DNA of 64,000 nt from Pseudovirgaria hyperparasitica. Taxonomy: Eukaryota. Under the pieces are notes generated by a model. The model was not told the origin of the DNA, did no database searches, and saw only the letters and a list, made by a program, of their open reading frames with translations. The DNA lies in the NCBI GenBank assembly GCA_010093815.1, contig ML996584.1; one strand, written 5' to 3'. This document shows positions 39,513 through 51,482 of this stretch, one piece after another; position 1 is the stretch's first letter; each line of letters begins with the position of its first letter. The translations under genes were made by a program, and so were the position numbers.

Positions 39513-40183
39513 TCACATAACAGCACATCCACCCTCGGTCTTCCCACCTTTCTGCGTTGTTGTCATAGCAGCTGTCTTCGCTATGTCTTCGAGCACTTCC
39601 CTACACAACTCCCCAGTTATAGCGCTGCACTCCGCATATCTATCTAATCTCATCTCTTGTGCGATCCGTACTGCCTCCTGAGGTATGACACTCTCCTTAT
39701 TTGTTTCAGTCCACTCTTGTCTTAGGTCTCTTTTCAAGCCAAGTAGCATCACGGGTAACGCTTCATCGTAGTTGAAATGTGACTCGACGACTCTCTTCCA
39801 ACGATCTTGCACAGATTCTAGAGTTTTTCTCCGAGCAATATCGTAGCACATTATGATGAAATCTGGTTTGAGGAGAGTGTAGCTTTCAGGACACGAGGTA
39901 TCATAGAAGCGAAAGCGGTATGGGCGATTGTACATCGAAATATCAAATTGAAAGGGCTGATCTAGATCACGAAGCTTTGGCAGAGAATAAGGCGGAGGTG
40001 CATCGCCTTCATCTTGGTATCGAGATCTGCCCATCGACAGGCGGCTGGAAGCTCTATCAGCATAGGCGTTCAGAGCGACTTCAACTCGTGGAGGGCATAC
40101 GAGAGGAAGCTAGACATGCCAACTTCAGTGTCCCCAAGCAGGAGGATCTCAACCTCAGGCGTTTCTGGTGAAATTGAACCCAT
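39513..40183 (-). CDS. Atypical Rho-family small GTPase with CAAX box
   Basis: ILLLGDTEVGMSSF (G1), FYDTSCP (G3), LGLKRDLR (G4), YAECSA (G5), C-terminal CAVM; one intron starting at 40100. Confidence 0.82.
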
Positions 40184-40811
40184 CTTGACAGCTACGATGT
40201 ATCACGCATCAAGACAGGCTATCGCACTAAACAGTGATATCAATGTGCCTGACCGGGAAAGTCGAGGAAGCTCTGCGCGCGTTGGCTACCTAGGTATTAG
40301 TAGGAATTATCGTTCACTTCACCTACCTGGCATCAGCCCGCCGGGCTCCCTTGGCAGCCAACCCTGTCTCCACTTACACGTGCAGGGGTAACACTCTGAT
40401 AGCTCTTCCCGCAAACGCACGTGCCGCTCATTACTACGTCATCGCTACAGCTGTGTAAACAAGGCAGTCATGGATGTTGTACATAGCATCGTCACAATCG
40501 CGTTGTGCGCGCCACAAGAGAACCTGGATTCTCTGTAAGCTCAAGACGTATAAAGCTCGCGCGCAAACGGCCATCTTCAACCGCCACATCCCATCATCAT
40601 CCAAGTGAGCACACCCCAGATCTAAATTCCCCACAAAATAAGAGCAACCGTTAGATCAACACGCCGACTAACGTTTACCAGTCCAGAAGAATTTCTTCAC
40701 AGTAAACAAAGCCATAATTATTCCTTCTATCAACGTCTTACGTGCCGAATAGTAAGTCTAGCGCAGTGTCTTCTTCAATACTCATCGACCAACATTAGAG
40801 CACAGATCGCA

Positions 40812-41191
40812 ATGGCTGCAATCATTTCCTCAATAAAGGACCTCATCGCTTCCATATTTGAGGTCATCGGCTCCATCTTCAAGACTGCTTTCAATGCCGT
40901 GGAAGGTATTCTCCGATTGGCCGTCAACACGGTCATGTCGGTCGTCAATATGTTCCTCGACTTGATCACAGGATCATTGAAGGCGATGGGAAGTGTCGGA
41001 GAGTTCATCCTCGGTACGTACACACGCAAATGCTAGCATTTGCCAGCTCGGTCGCGTATGATAATAATACTAATGCTTGAGTAGGCAATTTCTTCGCGAT
41101 TCTCATAGTGGCTGTTGGAATTTTCGGGTTCATCGCCTACCAAAACCGCCAAGGCAATTCTATCAAAGTTGGCAACAAGAAGCTTAACTAG
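40812..41191 (+). CDS. Small (102 aa) amphipathic membrane protein ending in KKLN
   Basis: Exons 40812-41013 and 41085-41191. TATA-like TATAAA near 40550; probable 5'UTR introns (GTGAGC near 40605, GTAAGT at 40752). Confidence 0.75.
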
Positions 41192-41822
41192 ATGTCACAA
41201 TTGTAGTGCATACAGAGATCCTCAGAGATCCTTCTCGCTGGCATCTACTTTGTATTGTACCAATGGGATGAAGTGGGTGATCGAAGGTATAGCAGGCGTT
41301 CTGGCAATTTTTATCAATAAAGACAACATGATCTCTGCGTCAAGCTTTGGTCAAGGCGACTCGAAATATATATGCGTTTATATGTCTCAACTGCCAAGGT
41401 GTCCAGCTCCAGATATACATCGAACCCGGTCCGGATCAGGACGACTCGGGGCTGCACCGGCCCTCCACCCGCTCTCTCCGCACGCTAGACGGACTGTGCA
41501 GATCAACACCAGGTTCGCAGGGAGCTCCGAACGCGGGGCTTGTTACTTCAAGAACAGGTGCCTTCACGTTACCCTGTATCCCCATACGATTGCGAGGTAT
41601 CGAGAGCCACGGTTCCATTCGATTGGTAGGGGTCGAGTACGGCACAGTGGAAAGTTGGAGTTGAGTTGAGGGGCTGCTTACCGGGCTGTAAAAACGGGAT
41701 CATACCATTCGGCTGCTCTACATGTTAAATACCCTTGGTCTCTCAGGCTGCTGGTTTGATTTCAAATGATTCTGTACTTCACATCGCTCCGTCCACATCA
41801 TACCATATCATAATTTCCTAGA

Positions 41823-43196
41823 ATGTCCTCCTTCATCATCAAAGACGCCCGTGTCTTCACAGGCCGCACCGTCTACGAAACCGGCTACGTCCATGTTGCG
41901 GACGGTAAGATCGTCGCAGTTGGTGAAAACGAGCCCACAGACACATCTCCAGATCTCCATGTCATCTCGAGACCAGGCCACACGCTCCTTCCCGGACTGA
42001 TTGATTGTCATGTACACGCCGACAAAGGTAACGAGAATGCACTGTACCAAAGCATCAGGTTTGGCGTTACAACGGTTTGTGATATGCACAACGAGCCTTG
42101 GAACATCGAGAAGTTGAGGAAGTTAGCGGGAAGCTCCAAAGAAGTGTCTGACCTGAAGGCGGCCGGGTTGGCGGCAACAGTAGATGGAGGCTGGCCCATG
42201 CCGGTAAGATGAGACAACTTAGGATGTCTTTCCGTGCGATATCTAACGTCTAGATCAGGTTGTTACTGCCCACGACAAATCTCAGGAAACGCTCGACGAG
42301 ATCAAAACCTGGCCAAAACTCAAGAATGAAGAAGACGTTGAAACATATTTGGACTCGAACGTTGGAAACGGCGCGGACTTCATCAAGCTCATGAACGAGT
42401 CAGGATCCTTCATGGGCAAGGTGTTTCCTCGGCCTTCACCAGCTCTTCAAGCCGCACTCGTCCGTGGTGCACATGCTCGCGGACTTAAAACTACCGCGCA
42501 TGCACTGTCTCGCGATGATACACTCGGCATACTTCGCGCAGGAACTGATGGTCTGGCCCATACATTCGTAGACAAACCGATCAACGATGAAATCGTCGAT
42601 GCTTTCAAGACAAATAACGCGTGGCTAAACCCAACACTCAGTACCATCGGCAGCATGTGCTCAGAAGGTAAGGCAATGCAGCATCAATATGCCCATGACC
42701 CACGCATTCAAAATCTATGCGCCACTGCAGAGAGAGAGAAGACATGCAAGTGTTTGAGCATGGCAACTGAGTCTTGTAAATGGGAATATGCATTTGGTGC
42801 AGTGAAGAAGCTCAAAGCCGAGGGCATTGATATCGTGTGGTAAGTCTTGCTCTCGCTGTCTCACTCGATGAAAATCCGAACTGACATACCGATAATAGTG
42901 GCTCTGACTCTGCTGGACCTGCACTGGGTACCGCATATGGACTTACAATGCACCAGGAACTAGCTCTTTTCGTGCAGAAATGTACATTCTCACCAGAAGA
43001 GGCCCTCCGAGCTGCCACGGCGACCATCGCTGATCGGTTCGGCTTCAATGACCGTGGCGTTTTAGAAACCGGTCGCAGAGCCGATCTCATGCTTGTGGAG
43101 GGCAATCCCCTCGAAGATATTGACAATACCCTGAACCTAAGAGGTGTATGGCGTGAAGGCCATTTGCATAGTATCTGGACTGAGAAGAAAGCCTAA
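41823..43196 (+). CDS. Metal-dependent amidohydrolase (imidazolonepropionase-like)
   Basis: TLLPGLIDCHVH, FGVTTVCDM, GADFIK, AHA, DGLAH, GSDS, ALRAAT, G.LETGRRADL.LVEGNP; two introns. Confidence 0.88.
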
Positions 43197-43290
43197 GGCT
43201 CGATGAAGCAGAAATAGATCGGCCGTGCGAACAGGGGCTTTCCTTTACTTGTATATGTCTGTCTTCGGTACGAGTCTTCTCTCATTTCCT

Positions 43291-44769
43291 TCAATGAACT
43301 GGTGTCGCAGGAGTTTGTTCTCGTCCGGGTGGATTAGCCGATCGCGTCGTTCCAACACCACTTGCAAGTAGTTCCAAACGACTAGCTTGCACCCGGTGCT
43401 TCTTCATCGCATCTACCCATTCCTCTTCAGACTCGCACTCTGCAGCATTCTCCTCATCGGAATCGTCTAAGAGCGCAAGCATCATGCTGAAGTCACCACC
43501 AAGTCTACCTAGACTACCACCGCAGTACAAAACCTGCGTTAGCAAACTGTCTCTTGAGGACCGGTCTTGCACGTTTGGAAGATACTCTTTCAGAGTGTCG
43601 AACAGAAGATCGACCAGGTATGAGGGAAACGTCGCCAGCGCGGATGGTACATGATGGAGTGGGGAATTTCGTATGTGCGGCTCTCCTGGTCCGTTAGGCT
43701 CGGTCGACGTGCTTGGACCCAGTACTGCTGACGGAAAGATGCTTCTATACATAGAGATCATTGCGAAGCTTTGCTCGCGAAATATCTCAATGTACCTTTT
43801 GAGATACCGTTCCGTCTGTTGGCCGCCGGACCATTTGTCCGCTGCCTCAGTCATGCTGCCCTTTCGCTGTAGACGCTGCTGTGTTTCCTGGTCTGCGAGT
43901 TCTCGCAGAGGTTCCAAAGCTTCAAGCATAGAAAGCAAGTTCGATAGTCTGCAAATAAGGAAAACCGCACCAAGGTCTCCCTCAGCGGTCCCAAAACTGG
44001 CGTTATTGCTCTGCCCGTAACTTTCATCGAGCTCCGGGGCTACTCTCCGTAGCCAGCCTACCGTCCTCATAGCTGCTGCCAACTTAATGCCTTGTCCTTG
44101 TAAGCTTGATATGAGATTACTGGTCATGGTTTTCATCTCCTGTTCTGCTTGACCCGATATTGCTTGGACTAACTTCAGGTTCGGATATAGAGCATTGAGT
44201 CGTTTGATGTGTGCGTGCAGGTCGAGAGCAGAAGCATAATTCGACCCGGTAGCGCTGTTACTTCCTGCATTGATGGAAGCCGATGCAGAAGACGTAGAAA
44301 TTGTAGACGAAAGCAAAGTAGGAAGATCCAATATATCCGAAACGCGGTCGACATTTCTTGCAAGAAGCATGGCTTTCTTTCTGTGATCCAAAATTGGGTT
44401 TTCAGATGCTTTACTATATTTCTCGGCGAATCGCGCCGCTGTGCTCTCAAGCTCAGGCAATGACTCGCCTAATGTTGTTGTGTTTATGCCTAATTCTGGT
44501 ATGACTTCACATAGTCCGGCTAGATGGTCCGCCGAAGAGATGATGGACTTGTGCGATCGTTTCGAAAGTGACTGGAGTGATCGAAGGATTGATTGTGAGG
44601 TTTGGGTGAGCGATTGGGCTTCGGTCGACGTCAATGAGGAGAGCGGAAGCGTCGTAAGTCGCGACAGGTACGAAGATGTTACTGCATCTTTAGGAGGAGG
44701 GCGAGAAGCGCTCTCGTCACTCTGAATATCGAAGTGCGGAGTAAGCAGTTCATAGAGATGATCGGCCAT
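43291..44769 (-). CDS. COG8: Conserved oligomeric Golgi complex subunit 8 (Dor1)
   Basis: YLSRLTTL, DILDLPTLL, YASALDL.AH..RL, MRTVGWLRR, YLKRYIEIFREQSF, SLLTQVLYC..SLGRLGGDF. Confidence 0.88.
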   Translation of the reverse strand: MADHLYELLTPHFDIQSDESASRPPPKDAVTSSYLSRLTTLPLSSLTSTEAQSLTQTSQSILRSLQSLSKRSHKSIISSADHLAGLCEVIPELGINTTTLGESLPELESTAARFAEKYSKASENPILDHRKKAMLLARNVDRVSDILDLPTLLSSTISTSSASASINAGSNSATGSNYASALDLHAHIKRLNALYPNLKLVQAISGQAEQEMKTMTSNLISSLQGQGIKLAAAMRTVGWLRRVAPELDESYGQSNNASFGTAEGDLGAVFLICRLSNLLSMLEALEPLRELADQETQQRLQRKGSMTEAADKWSGGQQTERYLKRYIEIFREQSFAMISMYRSIFPSAVLGPSTSTEPNGPGEPHIRNSPLHHVPSALATFPSYLVDLLFDTLKEYLPNVQDRSSRDSLLTQVLYCGGSLGRLGGDFSMMLALLDDSDEENAAECESEEEWVDAMKKHRVQASRLELLASGVGTTRSANPPGREQTPATPVH

Positions 44770-45181
44770 TTCTACAGAACGTCCCAGTCTTCGTGAGCTT
44801 TCAAGTGTGAAAGAAGATATTTCACATGCAACAGCCCGAGAGATGGTTTTGATGGATGGATCCATAGCTCCACACCCCACTCTACTCCAGGCTCCGCGCG
44901 CCGTATAATAGTCTTTGACACTCGATCAGAACTCTTGATTCACCTGCAACCCCTTCTTGCGCCAGTAAAATGTTAGTTCTACGATATGGTTTGGACTGTT
45001 ACTAAAAGGCTTCTAGATAGCTCATTCCGGCACACAAGAGTACGCACCTCATCAACCGATCCGCATTGCCGCACGCGGCGCTCCCTCATAAAGCCCATGA
45101 GCTCTCCACATTTTCTCTCGTAACCTACCTGGTGTTGAGCAAGACGGAAAGGGCATTGCCCATCAGACTGCTTTGGCAGAT

Positions 45182-48067
45182 ATGGCGGCGCATGCTAAGG
45201 TTATCTGCGTAGATGATGCTTGCGCCCACGCGGACGACTCTCTTCAAAGAGGTATTGTACAGCGCACACACACCGATGTTGATAGCCACGAACCCGATCC
45301 GCAAAGAGACTACCACGAAAACATTACTTGTGACGTATCAATCAGTATTTTCGATTATGCTTTGTTCCTACGGTCAGGCATCCCGCCCAAAGATTCCGTT
45401 CTCATAACATGGCAGACTCAGTTGAGAACGGAGCTGATACCGGAGTCCAAACTAATATTACTCGATCGGCCCTTTATTATCGGAGATACTGTCAAGCGAC
45501 ACTTGAGAGACCACATGGCCGGGATGGTGATAACCTATGCTACGTTCTGCACACTGATCCCGAGCGAAGGCATGCTCAACGGGGACTACGCCGGTAGTAT
45601 CGATAAGAAGTTCATCCGACAGGTGCCGGCAAAAGAGCTAAAAAACGTACACAAATTTCGAGAAGGAGATTTAGTTGTGTATCACGACTGGCTCGGCTTA
45701 ATTGAAGATTGTGAAGACACAGTTACAATACGTCTATGCAACAACAGCGTGGTAACCATCGAGACTCCGGAGGAATTGGGATCTCACGCCCTTGGTGATC
45801 GCTTTAGTACTGGTGACTCTGTCTCGGCGAAGAAAGGTTGCCTGCGGCGAGGTCGGTGGATTTTTGGCGCCTATGACCCCAACATTGAACCTAAAGGTAT
45901 CATAGTCGACACATCAACAATAAGTCTTAGTATTAGTTGGCTTTGCAGAAGACTTCGATCTGCAAGTCTTGATGCCACACTTGAAACCTTTCAAGCAATC
46001 AACGAGCCTTCGGAAGTACTGAGCGGGGATGATCTCGAAGATGTAGTGAGCTATGACTGCCAGTACCCTCAGACGCCTGGCCCACATCACCACGACGGGT
46101 ACCAGCATGATGATCTACACCTTGGGGAGAGGGTGCGATTCAAAGATCTTACTGGAGCAGCGGTCAAATACGACGGCACACGATCGACAACGGATGGACA
46201 GCCACAGGGCAAGCTACAACGTGTTGACCCACGGTCGATGCCTTCCCAAGGCTTTGACATCAACGTCCTACTCGTGACAGAAACGCGTACACATGTTAAA
46301 GTCCTCTGGCAAGATTATACGATCACGGAAGAACTAAGTACCGACTTAATTCCTGACTCTAATTTCGACCTTGAGAATGAAGTGTGGCCCGGTGATGTGG
46401 TTTGTACAACGGAGTCCAAGACTGAGCCCACGGAAGGCGAGCCAGACTGGGGCAACCGGCCCAAGAGAATTGGTGTAGTTCAGGCGGTACAACCCGTGGA
46501 CAGAATTGCCTCAGTGAAGTGGTTCGCTGATTCTGAGGTCCGGATTCTGAATAACGATATCATGCCTGGCTATCGTCTGGGTGAGCTCTCGGCAAATGCA
46601 GAAGACGTCAGTATGTATGATATTCAAGCAACGCCTGGGTTAAATCGCAGCCGAGGAGACATTGTAATGATCCACTCGGGGTTTATACCTGCGGAAACGG
46701 GTATCGAATGGCTTGGGGAAGTTGTCGACATCCGACTAGATGGCAAATATATAGTTCGTCTTGGTCTTGCACAGCCGCCTCGAGAGGTAACTCTGGGTAT
46801 TCAAGACGTAACGCTGGCATATTCACGTCTGCTGGACTCAGATGACCACGGATCTGGGTATTTATCTGACACAACATACGATTCTTACTTTACCGAAGAT
46901 GAACACATGCAAGATACCTTCAGCGACGGCGAGTATTTCGACATGTGGTATGAGAATGAGGACGGTACGCGAGCTACTGTAGATGACAGTGGAGACGGCT
47001 GGACTACCGAGGACGATACAGAATCAGTCGACGAAGAAGGAGATGTTGCGATGAGATCAACTAAACCCAGGTCTGAGCGCGAACACGACATGGCTGATGT
47101 CCATCTACGATCGGACTCAGAACCAAAAGGGCATTCAAATACTTCCCATGATACCGATTTACAATCAGCTACAAGCCCAGAGCTCTCCTCGCAAGTGAAT
47201 GCCCCGCCATCATTTAAGATCCTTGAAGGCTCTCCTCCATCGAATCACCACTACCTCTCCCAACCACTAGTCATGACTTCTCCCGTTCGAATGCGTCGGA
47301 TTCTAAAAGAACACAAGATTTTGCGCTCTTCACTCCCAGAAGGCATCTTTGTGCGCACGTGGGACACTCGCCTCGATCTAGTCCGCGTGCTGATTGTCGG
47401 TCCCGTAGACACGCCTTACGAATACGCTCCTTTCATAGTCGACTTTCACTTCACAAACTCTTATCCCTCGGACTCTCCCCAGGCTTTCTTCAATTCTTGG
47501 ACCAATGGATCTGGTCCTGTCAATCCAAACCTCTACGAAGATGGTAAGATCTGTCTATCGCTTTTAGGGACGTGGCACGGCGATGAGAAACATGAAAATT
47601 GGAGTCCTGCTCGATCAACGTTCCTGCAAGTCCTTGTGAGTCTACTAGGACTCGTGCTGGTGAAAGAACCATACTACAGTAAGTCTCCTCAGTCTCAAGC
47701 CATGTAGGTATTGGCTAAGTTGTGGATAGATGAAGCAGGCTACGAGAGCCGAGCAGGGACTGAGGAAACAACAATCGCCTCGAAGCGATACTCTGAACGT
47801 GCTTATTTCCGCTCTCAAGGGTTTATTGTCCATGCACTCACACACCCGGTCAGCGGCTTCGAAGACGTGATTCAATGGCTCTACCTCGATACCGAGCCCG
47901 GTAGTCCAAAGCTCCTAGACCACGCAATCGAGGCATGCAGAAAAGCCATCACGGAAAGCGAGGCGGCAGAATCTCCATTGGAGGTCGATGGATTGCGGAA
48001 GATAAGTGCGGGCGCCGTCATTCAGCTTCGGCGGCAGCTGGACTCTTTGGAGAAGCTCAGGGCGTAG
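45182..48067 (+). CDS. Large ubiquitin-conjugating enzyme, UBE2O-like E2/E3 hybrid
   Basis: LLDRPF..GD.VK and SH3-like N-terminal regions. UBC core LIVGPVDTPYE..PF..DF, NPNLYEDGKICLSLLGTW, LVLVKEPYYNEAGY (intron ~47679-47729). Start codon uncertain. Confidence 0.88.
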
Positions 48068-51000
48068 GGAGTGCCTATATGAGGCTATCGTGCGCTGCGC
48101 ACTTTATTGATTGCATCACCGGGCGTACGTGTAGATACCTTGTCGGAGACAGTTATTGTTTCTCGTTCGCTAGAAATACATTATTTGACAGCCATACCAT
48201 ACCGTCTCTGTCGCTGTGCCAGTGCAGACAGATCCCATGATTTACTCAGTGTATGTGTGCTGAGTGCTGTGGTGCTGCAGAGGGCTGTTTCGACACGAAT
48301 CCTTACGCAAGATTCCAATACCCAAGGAAGGCTTCTATTATTGATTTAACTCAATAATCATAATGACTGTTGCTGAGTCTGCAAGCAGCGTGGCTGTGCG
48401 ATAGTTTCACAATGCTGGCGCTTACTGCTGACCTCCTTGCCTTCATCTCATTCAGGCACAGTCACACGTTGGTTAGCTCTAGCCCGCTGCGGGCTGCCGG
48501 CTAGCTGCCGCTATGCAATGCATCATGCACGGCGGGAGGAGGCAGCGCAGTGCGACCGGCCTGCGCCTGACGTGAGACAAGATTGGCAATGTTTATGCGC
48601 GTGTAGGTTTGTTTGCTCAAGCGTTAGAACTGAATTCGTTGGGATGTTGGATCATGCTGTGTTGTGTTGTGACATGGCAGAATGAAGAGATGTATGACTA
48701 GGAGGCGAGCGCGCGCAGCGGGCAAAGGACGAGGACAGACTTTGAGGCATCTATGTTTCTGACTCGATAAGATGATATGGGCTGTGAGAATTGATGTGGT
48801 GCGTTCCCTGTGCCACAGTAATCCTCGTTCAAGTAATACATGCAAAGAGGTATAGATGGTAACAAACTTGCTGTTGTTCGACTAATGCTTGAGTGTAAAG
48901 CGAATACACTTGTATCCCGAAAGAAATCTAAGTATGCTGCTGGATATTGTTTGTCTATCAGAAATGTGATCATATGCACTTGATCAATCTTATCGAGTCG
49001 GCTCAAAAATAAGCGTTGGTTGGAAGGGGCGCAGAGATGGCTGTGAGTACTGCAGGATGTAGGGCATGCTAGACATTCATATTGTCGTGTGACCAGATTC
49101 AAGGCATGGCCGCCGATGAAGTTGATAAACATGGAGTTTGGACGTGAATCCGTGTTGCATGGATAATATTAATTATCTATAGCTCTGGAAAGCCTAGAAA
49201 AGCAAGCCGAATGTGGGACACGGGCACGTGGTGTGTATGCGGGATTATGGCCAGAGCCGGCCGTGGACTGGGTGAACACGGGTGAACACGTTGTCAACGA
49301 TTATATCCATAGGAGACTGGTACAAGTCTGATGCGTTTCATTTTAATGAACAACCTGGAGTGATTATTGATTCGGCATGCCGGTACTGGTACTGGTACCC
49401 TCACTGGCACGCTTTCGCAATGCCGCTGGAAGCTTCTCGGATGCCGACTTGTGGATCCTGCGGCGTTATGATATGACGTGCTTGGTGGAGTTGCTCTTGG
49501 ACTCTTCGGTTCGTCTCTTGATACACAGAGATAAGAAATGCACCCTGCGGTCTCGAATGACACTGACGTTTCCCAGAATATCGCCTTCCTTCGCGCAGCC
49601 AAGTGTTGTTATGATGCTAATACCAACACCAGGATCGATGGCCCCCCACTTAAAAAGAGCCTCATGCGGCTGTTTTGCGAATCACGAGGTGGTCATGGAT
49701 TTTAGTTATGATGATCGTGTGGAGCACATATTAATCCCCGAATATGTTTAGCAAATGTTTGAAACATGACGACAGTGGATCGTTCCACTAACATCCGTCA
49801 CCTAATAATGACGTTACTAGGATGAAAAGATGCAGCGATGCAGTTCCATATCAGCTGGTGTATATTTCTGCGCAGGACCTGTCGTCGGGTAATGGAAAAT
49901 GCTATCGCGATTAAATTGCTGATAACCTGCGCGACATTGTGTGAACGGACCTTTGTGGAGAAGGATCCACGACGTGAAACAGAACCTGAGGACCCGCAAC
50001 GTGGTCTGGAGAAAAACGGCGACGGCATGCGTGGTAGCAATGTTGGTACCAGACCAGGGTCCACTGGGGCCTGTCGAGAAGGCGCGAAAATGGCTTCGAG
50101 AAATCGAACTACCGAGTTTACAGTAACTGATGGACATATGTTGATCATTCTTTAGTACATCCGTGCCTATCACTAAGCCTGTGGTACTCAGCGATGCGAT
50201 TAGGTAGATCATAGAAGAGCAGCAGTGGCCTCATACGTCAGATAAAGTAAGTGTGAAAAGCGCGCATTAGCGAATGGTATAACGACCTATGGGCCTTGCA
50301 ATGAACGGACAAGTAGGTTATGAGCGATTTGTTATCGTCAGGCCGCGACTTCTCAGGGTATCATGATCATGTTGGACTTGCGGGGATGCACTTATCTAGA
50401 GTCTAGTAGTGGAGCAGGGCGAGCTGAAGATGAAACAAAGGATGGTCAGATACGAGGAGTAGCATGGTACGTACACGAGATGAAGAGAGCATGAAGTTGA
50501 AGTAAAGTAAAGTCGTAGTAGGCAGCCAGGCGAGAACAACGATACGCGATAGCAACAGTGAATTCAATGAGGGATCTATGGTTCTAGTCCCGTCACTGTA
50601 CTATGTATGTACTGCAAATCGCCCGCTTGAGCAGAGGCCTACACACCAAGTGGATAGCGTGCATGACGCTCTAGCATTTTTTCTTTTCAATCCATTACTC
50701 TTGTAGGCGCAGAATTTCACTCTCGCCTCTGTTGTCATCGCTATCTGTACGCAACGACGGGTAGCGTACACGAGCACACAAAGCAGGGCGCCGCTTCGTC
50801 GACCCACGAGAGAGACGCCAAAAAAGAGACAAAGGGCGAGGAAAAAGATGGCAAGGTGGCTGATTATAGATTCACGTGGCGTTCCGAAGACAAACGTGGG
50901 AATGTGCTATAATTATCCCAGGAGGACATACATAGTATAACTACTCACGCACAGCCCCCACAGCGATCGCCGGCCCCTGGTCCTGGCTGGTGGTGGGCAC

Positions 51001-51482
51001 TGATGACACAGAACAACACAAGGGTCCGAAAGACTACGCTGCATTCCAAGCTCACTGGTCGTCTTCTAATACTTGCTAGATGTGTACGCCGACTATGTAT
51101 GTCCTTATGCACAAGTGTATGTACAAGAGCTTCAGGCATTAAATCCCTTGCCTGCTCTGCTTGGCCGCTCCCGTCTTTAGTCCAAACCTCTCGATCCTTG
51201 GGACGTCAGATAATGTATATTTGGTACAGCCAACATTGCTCTCTTATTCCGGACTTGTTATTTTCTTGTTGTTTCCTCTGCGCGTACTACTCTTGATCTC
51301 CACTCTGTGCTTACCGCTTACCTACCGTGGAGCATGTATCGAAATAGTTCTACAGCGCCTTGATCGTTGCCGCAAACAGTAATCAACGCCCCATCCAACT
51401 GTCATTTCTTCATCATTCCTCTGCTGTCACGGGATTGCGGCGCCCCTCAGCCTACTCATCCAAGCTTTGACCTTAGTTCATT

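Noticed and set aside
49817..50212. 131-aa minus ORF and overlapping short ORFs in the long intergenic gap
   Set aside because: No recognisable domain, codon bias or convincing splice structure.
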